This document shows positions 18,214 through 31,355 of a DNA stretch of 64,000 bases, in pieces; the first letter of the stretch is position 1; each line of letters begins with the position of its first letter. Source of the DNA: Peribolospora baueri (lineage: Eukaryota); the NCBI GenBank assembly GCA_029717555.1, contig JAMDHS010000003.1, forward strand, positions 62,001 through 126,000, in the 5' to 3' direction. The notes beneath the pieces were generated by a model, which made no database searches, was not told where the DNA came from, and saw nothing but the letters and a program-made list of their open reading frames with translations. The translations under genes were made by a program, and so were the position numbers.

Positions 18214-18912
18214 CGTTTCTCTGGCGGATATAGACATCGATGGAAGGATGGATCGCACAAAGGATTCGTAACTTAACGCGTCCAAGCCTCATGCAGGCTT
18301 CAGCTAGAGTGGCTTTTGGATTGCCCTCGCCTTGGAATGTACATTACGCCTAATCATGCGTAACATATGCATGCATGCTGCATCATGTCACGTCAGGCGC
18401 AAGGTTCGTTTGGCGGGCGGGCGGCCGCTCCCCAATCGATCGATGGATCGTCTGTCTAGATAGAATTCGTCTCCAGCCGTGCTTGACTCGTCAGATTCGT
18501 CGGCAAGAGGTATGAACACGGACACGGACACGGGATGATGGCATGACAGGACAGGACAGACAAGACTGGGAAGAAAACACGACATAAGCGACGACGATGC
18601 TAGCTGGAGATGGGATGGGTACGATGCAAAGAAAGAGGGAGACCGAGGGCGCTCGAAAAGCGGAGCAGCAGAGTTGTTGGGGGAACATTTGGCACCTACA
18701 AGAACGAATGGTGGACCAGCCCGGACGGCGATAGTTGTGTGAGAGAAATCAAGCGTAGGGGTGACGTGACTATGGACCAGGAGAGAGAGAAAGAGACTGA
18801 AAACAATGATGCATGTAGATAGATGAGGTCGACTCGGCATATGTCATATGTATCACGCAAATGTCATACTCCAACGCGATGACGGGCCCGGCCTTATTTC
18901 TATTTTCATTTC

Positions 18913-21900
18913 TCATCGCCGCCCCGTACCGCGCCTCCTCAGCGCTTTGATTGGACGGTTTCCAGGAGAAGGGGCATTGCCGCTCGTGCCAGCGCTTCCC
19001 ATATTGAAGAGCGTAGGGCCGCTGCCGCCGCCGCCGGGAGCCATCGAAGTGTCGGGGAGTACTGCTCCGCTAGACGAGGGACTTGCAGCAGCGGGAGTGC
19101 TGGGAGCGAACGGCTGTGGAGAGCCGCCGGGGGTGGCCGGGCTTTGCTGCTGTTGAGACGCGCCAAAGGTGAAAGACGGCCCCGGTCCAGCAGGGGCGGA
19201 ACCTGTACCTTGCCCAAAAGCAAACGGCGAGGTCGGAGCGGACCCGGAGGCGTTGTTCGAAGACGAGCCGAAGGTGAAGTTGAAGGAAGAGCCCGAGTTT
19301 GCCATCGGCGAGGCCTGGGCAGCGGGCGCTGCCTGCCCGGAAAGGCCGCCTGATGAAGACGACGGCTGGCCGAAGGCGCCGGTCCCAAGGGCCGGTTGGG
19401 AAGCCGTCTGAGAAGAGCCAAAGGCGAACGACGACGAGGGAGACGGCTGAGCGGGCGCCGGCGCCGTCGAGCCGAACGAGAAAGGCGCCGCCGGCGAAGA
19501 AGCCGATGTGCCAAACACGCTGCCCGACCCAGATGAAGAAGGCTGAGCCTGACCGACGCCGAAAGCAGACCCGACAGATGGGGCGGAGGCACCGAACGAA
19601 AATGAAGGGCTGGCCGTCGACGAAGGCGGCAAACCTGGACTCGGCGAGGGCTGAGCGAAGGCTCCGCTAGTCGAACCTCCAGAGCCGAAACTGAACGTGG
19701 CGGGCTTGGCGCCGAATGGCGAGGGTGTACCATTAGCAGCCCCCAAACCGGTCGCGGTGGCGGGAGCGGTCGCGCCCGTTGGGCTTTCGTCCATATGAGA
19801 GTCAGAATTAGAACTAGTGGGAGCGCCGAAAGAGAAAGGAGACGACTTGGCTGGCGTAGTCGACGCGGACGGGGCCGGCTCAGAAGGTTTGTCGGCCGTC
19901 TGAGAGCCAAAGGTAGAGCCAGTGGCACCACCACCGAAGGTGAAGCCAGACGGCTTTGCCGGCGTAGTTGACGCGGACTCTGTTTGAGATCCAGAGGTAG
20001 AAGCCCCGGCGACGCCGAAAGCGAATTTGGCGGGTGCGTTCGACTTGTCGGAAGGCTTAGAGTCGGAAGCACTCCCATCCATGCCGAAACCAGAGAGCTT
20101 CGCAGGCGCAGTAGCCGAAGCAGGAGCGGCTGACGCTGCAGGTTTGCCGAAACTGAAAGGGGACGGGGCGCCGGATGCGGCACTGCCAAACACGTTGGTC
20201 GCAGCCGATGACGTCTCCGGCTTTGCTCCGGTGGAGTCGGAAGTCGACATCGAAGGAGCGGCAAAGGAAAAGGCTGGCTTCGACAACGGCTCCGAAGGCT
20301 TGCTGAAGCTGGGAGTAGACGAAGGCAGAGAAGGGGACGGAGTGCCAGACGTGGCGCCGCCTAAGGCGCTGCCTGCGCCCGTCGAGTTGTCGGAAGTGAA
20401 CGTCGGAGGAGCGGCAAACGAAAAGGCTGGCTTCGACGATGGCTGGGACGGCGCGCTGAAGCTGAAAGGAGACGGGGACGGAGACAGAGACGGAGAAGGA
20501 GACGGAGACGGGGACGGGGACGGAGCCGGAGACGAAGGCGGAGCGCTAAACGCGGCGCCGCCGAAGCCGTTTCCTGCGACCGGGGCGGTCTCCGACTTTG
20601 CGCCTGTGCCATCTGACGCGGAAGCCGAAGGTGCCGCGAAGGAGAAAGCCGGCTTCAGTGCTGGCTGGAAAGGTGTCGGCGGTGGGGCCGAGAAGCCGCC
20701 GAAGCTGACCACAGAGGGAGCAGCACCAGAAGCGCCGCCGCCAAAGCCGTTCACTGCGGCCGACGCGACCCCGGTCTCTGCGCCCTTGGACGCCGACGCG
20801 GGCGAGGGAGAGGTACCAAACAAGACGGTCGGCTGGGACGAGGGAGCGGTTGAAGGAGAGAACGAAAGGGATGATGTGGTGGACGTGGCCTCGGAAGGCG
20901 GTGCGACCTGCGTGGGCTTAGAGACCGGTAGCTCGGGTGCAGCAGAAGTCGCAGGGGCCGGCGAGATGGTCGGCTCTTTGGCCGCCGGCACGCCCGTTCT
21001 GGCAAAGATGCTCGTCGTGCTCGTGGGAGCCGATTGGGGCGTCGAGGCCGACGCTTCGACCATGCTGCCTGCAGGCTCACCAGCAGCGGGCGCCGAAGTC
21101 GTTTCAGGAGACGACGACGGGCCGGCAGACGATGGGAGAGCACCTGACGGACCGCTGTCGAGCTTAAAGGTGGGATTGACGGTGAAAGAAGGCAACTCGA
21201 GCTTCTCAAGAGCGGCCTTCGTGGGCAAGCCTTCCTCGTCAAAGTCCTCCTCGTCGTAGAGGTCATCGATGTTCGCCGAGAACGTCTTGCCCTTCCGCGC
21301 TTTACCGTTCGCGCTGGCGCCGGCACCGGCACCACCGCCACCGCGAGCTTCCCTCTGCCGTTCCCGCGCCGAATGCTCGGCAGAAGTCTTCTCGCGGAGG
21401 CTTGACTTTGTCCATTCGGGCCCCGTCTGGTCCGCTTTGCTGATCACCGTGAACGGCGCCTTCTCCTGCGACCGGGACTCGGCGGCGACCTTCTTCTCTT
21501 CATCCGAGGACTCGGAGGATACGATCATGGCGACTTCACGAAGCGGAGTTGGGTGAAGCGGGTTGGTGGACCCGGAAAGCTTGTTCATCTGGTACTCCCT
21601 CCGACGCTCGGCGGCGGCGGCGCGACTTTGCCCCTTCTGCGGCTTCTTGCCTAACCGCTTCGTCGACGACGGGCCGTTCGCGCGCTCTTCGGTTCCGGCT
21701 GGCTTGGGACCCTGCTCCTCCGTTGTCGTCGGCTGCGGCGTTCCCGCCGGTTCGGTCTCTGCCATATTCACCTCCGACGGCCCCTCCTCCTCAGCCAGCG
21801 ATTCCATTTCTTCCTGGGGCGGCGGCGCCACCTCCGGCTGTGACTCTTTCCGCTCCCCCGACGCGGTCGGCCGAGACGGCCCCGCCTCCCGGTCCTCCTC

Positions 21901-23651
21901 CATCTCGTCGCCAACCGTCGACGGCTTCCCCTCCTCAGCGGTCCTCCGCGACGTCGCTTTGTCCACGTCCTTCTGCTCCGTAGACTCATCGCCGGACGTC
22001 ACCTTGGCGAGTTCCAACAAATCTTTCTGTCGCTGGCGCCGATACTCCTCCTTCTGTCGCTTCTCCCGAGCATAGGCATCCCTCACGGCGTACGGGGCGA
22101 TAGCGGTCCGGAACGTGACATTGAGATTGCTCGTGTCATGCGATCTCTTGTCATGGGTCACCGTGTCATGAGACAACCTGGCCTTTGATCGCCCCGGCAC
22201 CGTCCTCTGTCGACGGACCAAAAATTCAGAATCAGCATTCTCGTCTCCGCTGTTACCGATTCGAGCCTGGACGTCACTCACCTCCCGGCGAGACGTCTGC
22301 TCCTCAGGATACAGAGACTCCAAGAATGACAAGATCCTCTCCGCTTCGTTTTGAGGTGGCGGTTGCTGAGGGGCTGTGGAAATGAGGATCAAAGGGGGGG
22401 AGGGCAGCGAAGAATAGAAGGACAGGTCAGCATGAAGAGCAGACGCTCAGTCTCGCTATGTGGACCCCACCACAGTACTTACTTCGCCTCGCTTCTGCCT
22501 CCTCCTTGTCGATGAAGCCAAACTCTGGGTCCCAAATTCGTCGCCGTTTCTTGGAGGGCGTCTGTGAGCGAGAAAATAGACAACGTGAGAAGGGACGCTT
22601 AAAAAAGATCGACAGAAGCACCGCGGCTGCGTGGGAGCTCGAGCGGGGACCGTATGCACGAACGGACGACACTCACGAGGTCGGTAAGGTATAACATCGG
22701 AGGGCTAGGAGGGCGCTTGCCGAGTTGCGGCGTCATAGAGTCTATACGATAGAGCGATGAGCGGTCGCTCCGAGAGACGTACGGCGAGGCGGAGGGCGAG
22801 GTGGTGAGCAAGCGTGGAGACGAGCGGTCGTTCCGGGAGACGTAGGGCGAAAGCGAACGCGAGGGCGAGGGCGAAAGGGAGAGCAAGCGCGGAGACGACA
22901 AAGACCGCGTGGGTGATTTTCCCATGCTCCTTCTGGAGGAGGACGTAGGTAGGGTGTGGAGATGACCTTCGCTGATCGGCCGAAGCGTTTGAGAGCTCTG
23001 TGACGTGGGCAGGTCGAGGAAGGACCGACTATTGGTTAGCCGTTGCTTTCGAGAGCTCTCTGGCGTGGCGGTGGCGGAGATGCGAGGAGGCGGAGGCGGA
23101 GGCGGGGAGAGAGGACGGGATGAGGTGGGGCGAGCGGCGTCGTGGCGGCCGAGGCCAAGGCCATGGCGGGGGCCGCGGCCATCGTCGGGGAAGGCGCCGG
23201 GGAAGGACCTCCCGGCGAGCTGTCGGAGGGAAGACGAAGACGGAAGGGGAGCGCTGGCTGGAGGCGCGGTGGTGTTGGTGTTGGTGTTGGTGTTGGTGTT
23301 GGTGTTGGTGTTGGTGTTGATGTCGGTGCTGGACTTTGCGTCAGCGGCGGGCGCAGTCGCAGTCGCAGTCGAAGCCGCCGTGCTCTCGATGTCGATGTCG
23401 TTCGTGCTCCAGCTCGGCTTGAGCCTCCGCGTAAAGGCCCTTCCAAGCCGGCCGAGCACGCCGCCGAGCGCCTCGCTCGCCTTGCCCGTCTTGCCCTTGC
23501 CCGTCTTGCCCGTCTTCTGTGGCCTCTGCTGGGCGGAGTAAGGCGCGGGCCTGGAGGACTTGTGTCGGCCCGACACGAGCGTTCGCGACGGACCCGAGGA
23601 GGGCGCGGTGGCCTCGGTGGCGTTGGAGATTGTCCCGGAAGGGGTGCTCAT
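18913..23651 (-). CDS. FG/FxF-repeat nuclear-basket nucleoporin, Nup1/Nup124/Nup153-like, 3 exons
   Basis: Many FSFG/FTFG/FAFG repeats in an S/A/P-rich C-terminal half, an NEAERILSFLE motif, and a basic C-terminus RPIKALRRRGTGRR typical of Nup1/Nup153. Two GT-AG introns near 22.4-22.7 kb keep the frame. Confidence 0.8.
23271..23318 (+). repeat. (GGTGTT)8 microsatellite encoding poly-TN in the nucleoporin
   Basis: Perfect hexamer repeat read directly from the sequence. Confidence 0.95.
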
Positions 23652-24994
23652 CGCGATGGGCGATGCGGCGAAGGGCGCGTTACGTGAGGACAGGGGCGAA
23701 AGGGGCCGCGGGAGGGGGGGAGGGCGCGAGGGAAAGGAGAAAGAGGGGCGAGGAGGAGAGGAGTGGCGGAGGGAAGGAGGAGGAGGTGCTAGAGGCGGAG
23801 AAGGAAGCGTTCGTTGAGTCCAAGTTGTCGTGGCTCGATATCGAGGCCGACGTTGATCGTCGTTGTCGTTGTCGCTCGTCGTCTTCGTGTCGACCGTGGC
23901 GAGGAAAAAGGGACAATCGGCGCGCGGCCAGACACGGACGGTGGCGGATGATGCGCCTCGGTCATAACCCTAACTCGCATCCACATGCCCGCTCCGATTT
24001 GTCGTCCTCGGCGTCCTTGCGGGGTTATCTGAACAACGACGATACCCGCACTCGGCGGACTCGAGGTCGGACGGGACTTGACGGACGAAACAGCCGCTTA
24101 CGCGATGAGCAGACAGAAGGTAGAGAGCGAGAGCGAGAGAAGGCGACAAGCATTCATTATCAAGAGGTGACGAGCGCAGGAGGCAGGGTGGGAGGCACAC
24201 GAAGGCAGGAGCGACGAGCGAGAGCTCCCTCCCGTCATCCCTCCCTCCCTCCGTCTATCCGTCCATTCACCCGCAACGATCAGGATCGGGCGGGGCGGGG
24301 CGGCGCTTCGGCAAGCAAGCAAACGAGGACTCAAACAAAAGGCGACGGACAAGCCGACCGAAAGAGAGGCGGGGAAGCGGACGAATGTGCCGGCACGGGT
24401 GTTGTGTCAAAAAGACAAGACAATGGGGCCGGCGCGGCGCTGAGGGCCTGGGGAATAGGATAGAAGGACAGGCGGGGTGGGTGGGCGAAGAAGGCGAGGG
24501 GAAACCAACGATGACGACGAAGCTACAAAGCGTTCCGCGACTTTTTGACAGGGTCGCGATGAAAAACAGCAGAAGGAGAAGAAAAAACACTGGGGAAGAG
24601 AAAAGACAACCCGACACAAGCCGGCCGGCTTGGAGGACATGAGAACGAAACGAAAACGTGCAGGAGAGGAACGGGCGCAAGCGCTGAAAGAACGCGAAGC
24701 AAATCGGACGACGGGAAATGGATGTGGATGTGAAGAGGAGGCAGAATGCGAAAGGTAGCGGAAATGGGATGACGAGCCCCGGACTTGGTGGCTGGTTGCG
24801 AGAATGGGAATGAGACTGGGAATTGGAATGAGAATTGGAAATAAAAACGGAAGGGGGCAGAAAACACGAACGGGACGGGGTCGAGCGGAGACGAAAGAAA
24901 ACCCAAAGAGATGATGGAAAAGAAGAAAGAAGAGACGGAAGCGAAAACACCGGGCGTGTAGCTCAGAGCCGACGACGACGGCAAGGACGGCGAT

Positions 24995-26655
24995 TTAGTA
25001 CGGCAAGTCGTCCCATGAGTCTGCGTTGCGTCGCGTAAAGACAAAAGGGGGACAGGCCGTATAAACCAGGCATCTTAAGCACTGCAGGCCGAACGACGTC
25101 CCCTCGCGGACACGAACGACCGACAACTCACCCTCCGTGATGCTCCGCCAGGCAAAGTACAGCGCTGTGACGCTGAGCGTCTGTAGAGCGGTGGCTACAA
25201 AGGCGCCGTCGACCTTGCGGTTCGTGTTCTCGCAGATGGTTTTGGAGAGGAGGAAGGTGTCGAGCTCGGAGAGAACGAAGAAGACGAGGGTCACGAGGAA
25301 GAAAACTGCGCGGGGGAAGACGGCGGGGATGGGACAGAAGGCTGAGCATGTGACGGTGACGCGCCAGACCGCCGCTGGCCGCCGATCCCACCACTCACTC
25401 AACGGCTTGTTCTCCTTGAGCACGCCTAAGACGACACAGCCGATGACGACCGCATAGAGGAGCACGGCGACGAGAGGCCAAACAAGGACGATGCTGAACA
25501 GCACCGCCGAGTGGAGCTCTCCGACGTCGCTGGCGGAGACGCGGAAAAAGTTGGTGAAGCCGAAGGCAATGTCGAGGCAGACGTAGAGTGACCCGCCAAA
25601 GAGAATGAGATACGTGCCCGCAAAGGGAACGAGGGAGGCCATCGTACCGTCTTCGATGAATTGGGTCGAGATGACGGCGTTGGCGAACAAGGCTGCGCGG
25701 AGAGAGGGGACGGGAGCGAAGACGTAAATAAGCTCGAAGTGCGGCTCGTAGAGAGGACGACAGCCGACGGTGACGGTAGAGAAAAAAGCAAAACTCACCC
25801 CAGAAGAGGGAGACGGTGAGCGCGAGCTGGACGGCCGTGATCGCGGCGATGGCAGTGGTGCCCTGCTCGAGGAAAGATCCAGTGGTGAAGATCTGCAAGA
25901 CGAGGATGACGAAGTAGGTCGCCAGGAAGACTCGGAACTCTGTCCGTCCTGCGAGAATGGCACGTGGGAGCCGAGAAGATTGGAAGATGAGATGGACAGA
26001 CCATGACCGTCAGCCGGGCCTGAGTGGGACTCGAGTTGACGAGCCGAGAGAGGAGCGATCCGACGTACCGACGGCGGCGACTCGGAGGGTGGCTCGAGCG
26101 ATCAGTCCAGCGACGACAATGGCGGACACGGCAGAGAAAACGATTTGTGCTGCACGTCGGCACAAAGCAAGGAGTAAGCGAGCGACCAAGGTCAAATGAG
26201 CTCCTTGCTCGCTTGATGATGCGACGACGAGCACCGTCAAGCCGAGCCAAACGGACCGGGGCAAACGAGAGAGACTCACCGACGTTGCCATCGCCCAAGC
26301 CTTGCGCCACCCTCGGAATGGCGCACACAGGATCGACGCCGACGCCGGCCTGGAGGATGCCAGCATTGATGTCTGGCGTAAACGACTGGTTGGGCGTTGA
26401 CGCTGTCAGGCCCAATGCCGCGCTGTGTCGTTCGATGAAATGGGACGCGCGGTTACCACGGGTGGCGAGACGGTCAGCGGAGATGACGCGGCGCTGTTTA
26501 CGACAGCGACCCTTGAACGCTAGGACCGTCCCTAGCCCGACCTACGCGCACACTCACAATTCTCGCTGATCCAGCAGCTGCCTGAAGAAGAGGTTGCACA
26601 CGGGGAAGCTGGGCACGTTGCGACAAAGGGTGCCAAAGTCGCCGTACCGGGTCAT
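24995..26655 (-). CDS. CHS7: Chitin synthase export chaperone, Chs7 family, multi-pass membrane protein
   Basis: Spliced product: MTRYGDFGTLCRNVPSFPVCNLF, AAVGRTEFRVFL, LQIFTTGSFL, LFANAVISTQFIEDGT, ICENTNRKVDGAF, WRSITEDSWDD. It may be the second Chs7-family paralogue rather than the orthologue. Confidence 0.85.
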
Positions 26656-28533
26656 TGTGGAGTGGGGGGGATGAAACGGAGGGAGGAAGGAGTGGGTGGG
26701 TGGATGGGTGGATGGCCAACGACGGCCGGATCAGTCTAGTCCTTTTCCTCGCTTCCTTTGTTCTCGCAAACTTGGCGAGTTGTCGGGTATCGGGTATTGG
26801 AGCTTGCCGTCGCGCGACACGGAGAACAGGTATTGGAAGACCTTTGTCGCTAGCGACCGGGGGGGGGGGAAGGGGGGGTGGTATCCTGACGTCGAAGAGG
26901 GAGGAGGGAGCGCTTAGACTACGCGAGTCGGAGAGAAATGGAAAGGGTGGAGGTAGAGGACGTCGAAGAGATTGGTGAGGTGGAAAGATGGGGTACGAGG
27001 ATGCGGATGGAGGCCGAAGGAAGCAAGGACGGACGGCAGGGCAAGACAGGTCATTTCCCGTGACCGGCCAGGAGGCGCGTCGGACGACGCGGATGACGAG
27101 GAGGAAATGAAGCGAAGGCGGTCAGAGCAGGAAAAAAAGGGGAGGCGAGACAATTCGGCGTGCGGGGGACGATCGATGTGTTGTTCATTAATGAGCGGAC
27201 GCAAAAGGGGGGAAGCAGGGTGGATGAATGGAATGGAGGACGAGTGAAGGGACGAGGTCGCGTCAGCTCAACGCGATGACCCGTCCGGTCGGTCAAAGGG
27301 CGCGCGAAACTCACTCGTTGTTCACGTCGTCCTGCGCGAACAATAGATGGAATGGTGGGGGGAAGGCCGGGAGGGCCAAAGGTGGGGGAGGTTGGTCGTG
27401 CGTTCGTTTGTCTGCGGCCTTGCGTCGTCTCGTCTCGTCTCTTCGTCTCGTCTCTTCTCGACCGGGGAGCTGGTGAGGAACGGGGAGGTGGTGGAGATGA
27501 GACGGCGAGGTGGAGACGAGGGCCGACGGAGACGGAGACGGAGACGGAGCTGGCTATACTATGTGCCATAGGCTTCGACGGAGAAGGAACTGGAACTACG
27601 GGCGCGTAACTAACTAACTTACCTTGGCTAGTCTAGTCGACTTGTATTCCCTTGCCGCTTGCACTTGCACTCGCACTCGCACTCGCACTTGCCCTCGCCC
27701 TTGTTCTAATCGCCGCCCCGTCGTTATGGACCTGCTGCAGCCCGCAGCGCCTTTGCGATATTGAAATAAAACCTGCAGCTTGCGTTGCGCGACGCCGCAT
27801 TTCTCTCTGCACTCCTCCTCCCTCTCTCTGCGAACACCGACGGCGGCTCTGGCCGGTTCCAGTTCAAGGCAGCGAGCGATGCAGGCCACCACGCTCGCGC
27901 ACGCTGTTACTCTACATACATACAAGACGTACGGCGACTCGACTCGACCCGAGCCGTTGGTGCCACTCTACCTCTACCCTGTTCGGTGGAGCCTGGCTCG
28001 TGCGCCCCCCGCTCGCCTTTGGTCCCCTCCGCTCGGCTGAAGGTGAAAAGAAATAAGGTGCTGCGGCCAGGCACGGCGTGAGTGTACCTCACGTGGACAC
28101 TCGGCTCGGCTTGTCCGTGCGAGTGTGAGCCGCGGCGTTGCTTAAGCTTGCCGAGGTCAGCAAAGCAGGGGCGAAGAGAGCACGACCCTTGTCCTTGATC
28201 TCTCTGCTCTGCTCGCACATGCGGTTGGGCAGGACCGGACCGAGACACGACAAGTTTCATCGCTGCCGAGGGACGACAGATGTATCGCACCGATGACGCG
28301 GCGGGCGCTCGCGGTAGTGATGATATATGATAAATAACGACTCGAGGACGGACGGCGCGAGGATACCGCGATGAACATGCGAGCCGGACATCGGTGCGCC
28401 GACGTAGATAGATAGATAGATAGAAGAGGCGATGACGATTCTAGTGATTAAAAAAAAAAAGAAAAAAGAGAAAAAACCCATGGAGGTCGAAGCCACTCTT
28501 CGACACCAGCCAGCGCCGGCCCATATCTGCACC

Positions 28534-30332
28534 TCAGCCCAAAGCGACCCCGATAGCGCCGCCGGGATGGTTTCCAGCAAACGTCTGTCTCCCGGCACCC
28601 ATCGCCTCGGCGACTGCGACGGCCAGCGCGTCGCCCACGGCTAGTGCCACCGTCGTCGAGCTCGTCGGCACCGGCGCCGCGTCCCACGCTTCGCCCGCTG
28701 GTTCGTCCCGCTCCGCCTCGGTATCGCTCTCGGCATCGTCAGAGGTGACCGCCTCAGGTCGCTCCGGTCGCTCGGCGCTGGCGCCGGCGCTTCGAGTTTG
28801 GATCGCTCCAGCGGACGAGGACGACGCGTCCGCCGCCGTCCGTTGCTGTCGTTTCGCTCCAGACGCGCCGTTCGCCTTCCCTTCCTTTCTCATCCTCCTC
28901 CTCTTCCCCGTCTCCGTCCCCCTTTCTGCACCCGTCCTCTTCGCCCTCGTTCCCGTGCCCGCGTCGACCCACACATCCACCCCCCTCCTTACGAGCTCAC
29001 ACTCCCTCCTCCCCGTCACCGCCACCGTGCTCACGCCATCCCTAGCGAGCAGGTGGGGTAACAGCGCGAGCAGCTCGGGAGTCGAGCCGGAGTGCGAGAC
29101 GAGGAGAACGACGTCGCCGCGCCGGACGAGGCCCAGGTCGCCGTGCAGGGCTTCGGTGGGGTGCAGGTAGACGGAGGGGATGGAAAGCGAGAGAAAGGTG
29201 GCCACCAATTTGCGGGAAATGATGCCTACCGCCGCGGAGGGGAAGGGGGGGAGAAATAAAAAGACGGCCAATAGAGAAAGGGAAAGAAAGGAAGTCAGGG
29301 ATGAGAGCTCGTCAGCAAAGGAAAAAGACCGAACACTTCTCCGTGCCTCCTTTACTTACCACTCTTGCCCACGCCGGCAATCACCACCTTGCCCCGCGAA
29401 CCCCGTCCGTCCCCCCTGTCCTCCACGGCACGCATGACGAGTTTGACGGTTCGAATGAACCCTTCTGCCGCTTCGCTCCTCCGCGTCGTCGAGTCCGACT
29501 CGTGCTCGAGGCGACGTTTCTGTCCTCGTTGCCGTTTGGACGTGGACGTGGACGTGGACGCAAACGACGGACGAACGCCGCCGGCCTGGTCCACATCACC
29601 AACACCAACACCAACACCAACACCAACACACTCTCCTCCTCCCCCCCACCCAACCGGCTCCTCGCAGCCACGGCGCGCCCTCAACCTCCGAGCGACCTGC
29701 AAAAGCGCCATCGCCTCCCTCTCCACCACCTCCGCCCCCAACTCCAACAGCGCCTCCTCCTCCTCCTCCTCCTCCTCCTTTGTCCACGGCTTGCCAATCC
29801 GACTCGGACGACGACGTCGATGTCGATGTCGATCAGGAACCGCGGTCGCTCGTTCCTCGTCTATTCTTTCTACGTCGGTCGATCCGGGTCCCGGTCCGGG
29901 TCCGGATGCGCGTCCGTGGACGGAGAAGGGAGACAGCGGCTCGAACGCGTCGCGCGGAGACTCGGACGTGGGGGCGAGGAGGAGGGGAGGGGTGGGCAGC
30001 GTTTCGGGCGTCGTCGATCTCGACGTCGACGTCGATGCCGATGCCGAGGCAGAGGCAGAGACAAAGTCTGCAGAGGAGCTGCTGCCCGCTCCAGAGGCGG
30101 ACGAGGCGGACGAAGGCGCGTGGGAGGGGGCGGTGGAGGGCAGGGGCAGGGGCAGGGAGGCAGAAGAGAGGGAGGATGGAAAGAAGGGCGGCGGCTCTGC
30201 GCCAGGTTGGGCTTTGGGACCCATGGCGGCGGTCGTCGCCGCCGGCGCGAGAACTTCTCGTCGAGTGTCTTGAGGCTGCGCGAGCCCCAGCTCGTCCAGC
30301 TCGTCCTTGGCGGCGATGATGCCGTTCGTCAT
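28534..30332 (-). CDS. SIS-domain sugar-phosphate isomerase, KpsF/GutQ/KdsD (arabinose-5-phosphate isomerase)-like, no CBS domains, 2 exons
   Basis: Motifs VVEREAMAL, GKVVIAGVGKSG|IISRKLVATFLSL, LHPTEALHGDLG, SHSGSTPEL, PTSSTTVALAVGDALA and NHPGGAIG. One GTAAGT..TAG intron at about 29226-29357. The start codon is uncertain (30332 or a later ATG). Confidence 0.88.
29598..29627 (+). repeat. (ACCAAC)5 microsatellite encoding poly-GV in the SIS protein
   Basis: Perfect hexamer repeat read directly from the sequence. Confidence 0.9.
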
Positions 30333-31320
30333 CCCGCGAGAAGCCCTGCTGCGCCCGCCCGCGGTCGCCGCGGCGACCTTTGGTTGTTGCGTCCGAGTCA
30401 AGTGTAGTGTGGTGGAGTGTCGACGGACGCTCCGAGCCGCTCACATATACATATATGTAACCTGCTCCAGCTCACGCGCGCCGGAGAGGTGGACAGAACG
30501 GTCAGGGTTGGACGGAGCTGGGCAGGAGGAAGACGGGGGCGAGAAGGGGAGCGTCTGTGGAGCGGAAGGGAGATGGATGGATGGATGATGGACTGAGACG
30601 GAAGTCGCAAGTCGAGCGTGCCGCGCAAACGAATCTGCTTCCTCACCTCCCGTCCACGACCGCTGGGTACAAAAAAAAGACGGGGTCGGGAGGGCCGGGA
30701 GAGAACAAGGCAGAGAAGGGGAAGGACACTTCCCCCCCCCTTCCTTCCTTCCTTTTCCTCCTGCCTCTCCCTTCTCAGCCATCGGCATCGGCGCTCATCG
30801 GACAAAGCGATCGACGCGGTCCTTCTCGAAAGGGACGGCGAAGTATGGTGTGCTCAGGGCGAGATAAGATGCGGGTCTGATCGTGGGTAATCAAATAGCC
30901 AACCAATCAAAGCCAAGCCAGCTCACCCGTGTTCGTTTCCGACTGACTAACTACACCTGGCACGAAAAGCATCAGCGCGTCACAACTAAACAGGCCATCG
31001 TCGATCTCTCGATGAACCGGCTCGCAGAACGACAACACCTCGCCCTTCGCCTTCGAGCACAAGACAAAGACAAGCCAAGCCGCAAGACACGGGCCACGAG
31101 TCTGCGCGTACCATCATCGAGTAGTACTTCGACGAGATCACAGAGTCACTAGGAACATACAGAGGGAAAGAAAGGGGTCGCCCGAAAGACGGCCAGCCCG
31201 TTCGCACCCCTCTCCCATCCGATTCGAACCGATCCGACTCGGGAGACGGATGAGAAAAGGAAAAGGAACGAAAGCCTGCACGACCAAAACAACCTCGAAG
31301 ACGTAAAAGCAAGAGGCGAA

Positions 31321-31355
31321 GAAGGAGAAGGAGAAGGAGAAGGAGAAGGAGAAGG
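31321..31355 (+). repeat. (GAAGGA)n microsatellite downstream of CMK1
   Basis: About 5.8 tandem copies. Confidence 0.9.

Noticed and set aside
18939..22075. Overlapping 410-aa and 441-aa ORFs within the nucleoporin
   Set aside because: Shadow frames of a GC-rich low-complexity coding region, with no domain content.
23519..25044. ORFs 23519..24463 and 24267..24950
   Set aside because: They cover the nucleoporin promoter and CHS7 3' region. The Arg-rich or Phe/Ser-rich translations reflect strand purine bias.
27600..27640. Strong minus-strand donor AAG|GTAAGT about 1 kb upstream of CHS7
   Set aside because: It could be a 5'-UTR intron, but I could not assign an acceptor or coding exon.
24995..30332. 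CHS7, the SIS isomerase and nearby GH92 as a cell-wall glycan gene cluster
   Set aside because: They are interleaved with unrelated housekeeping genes, with no shared regulatory signature and no glycosyltransferase.
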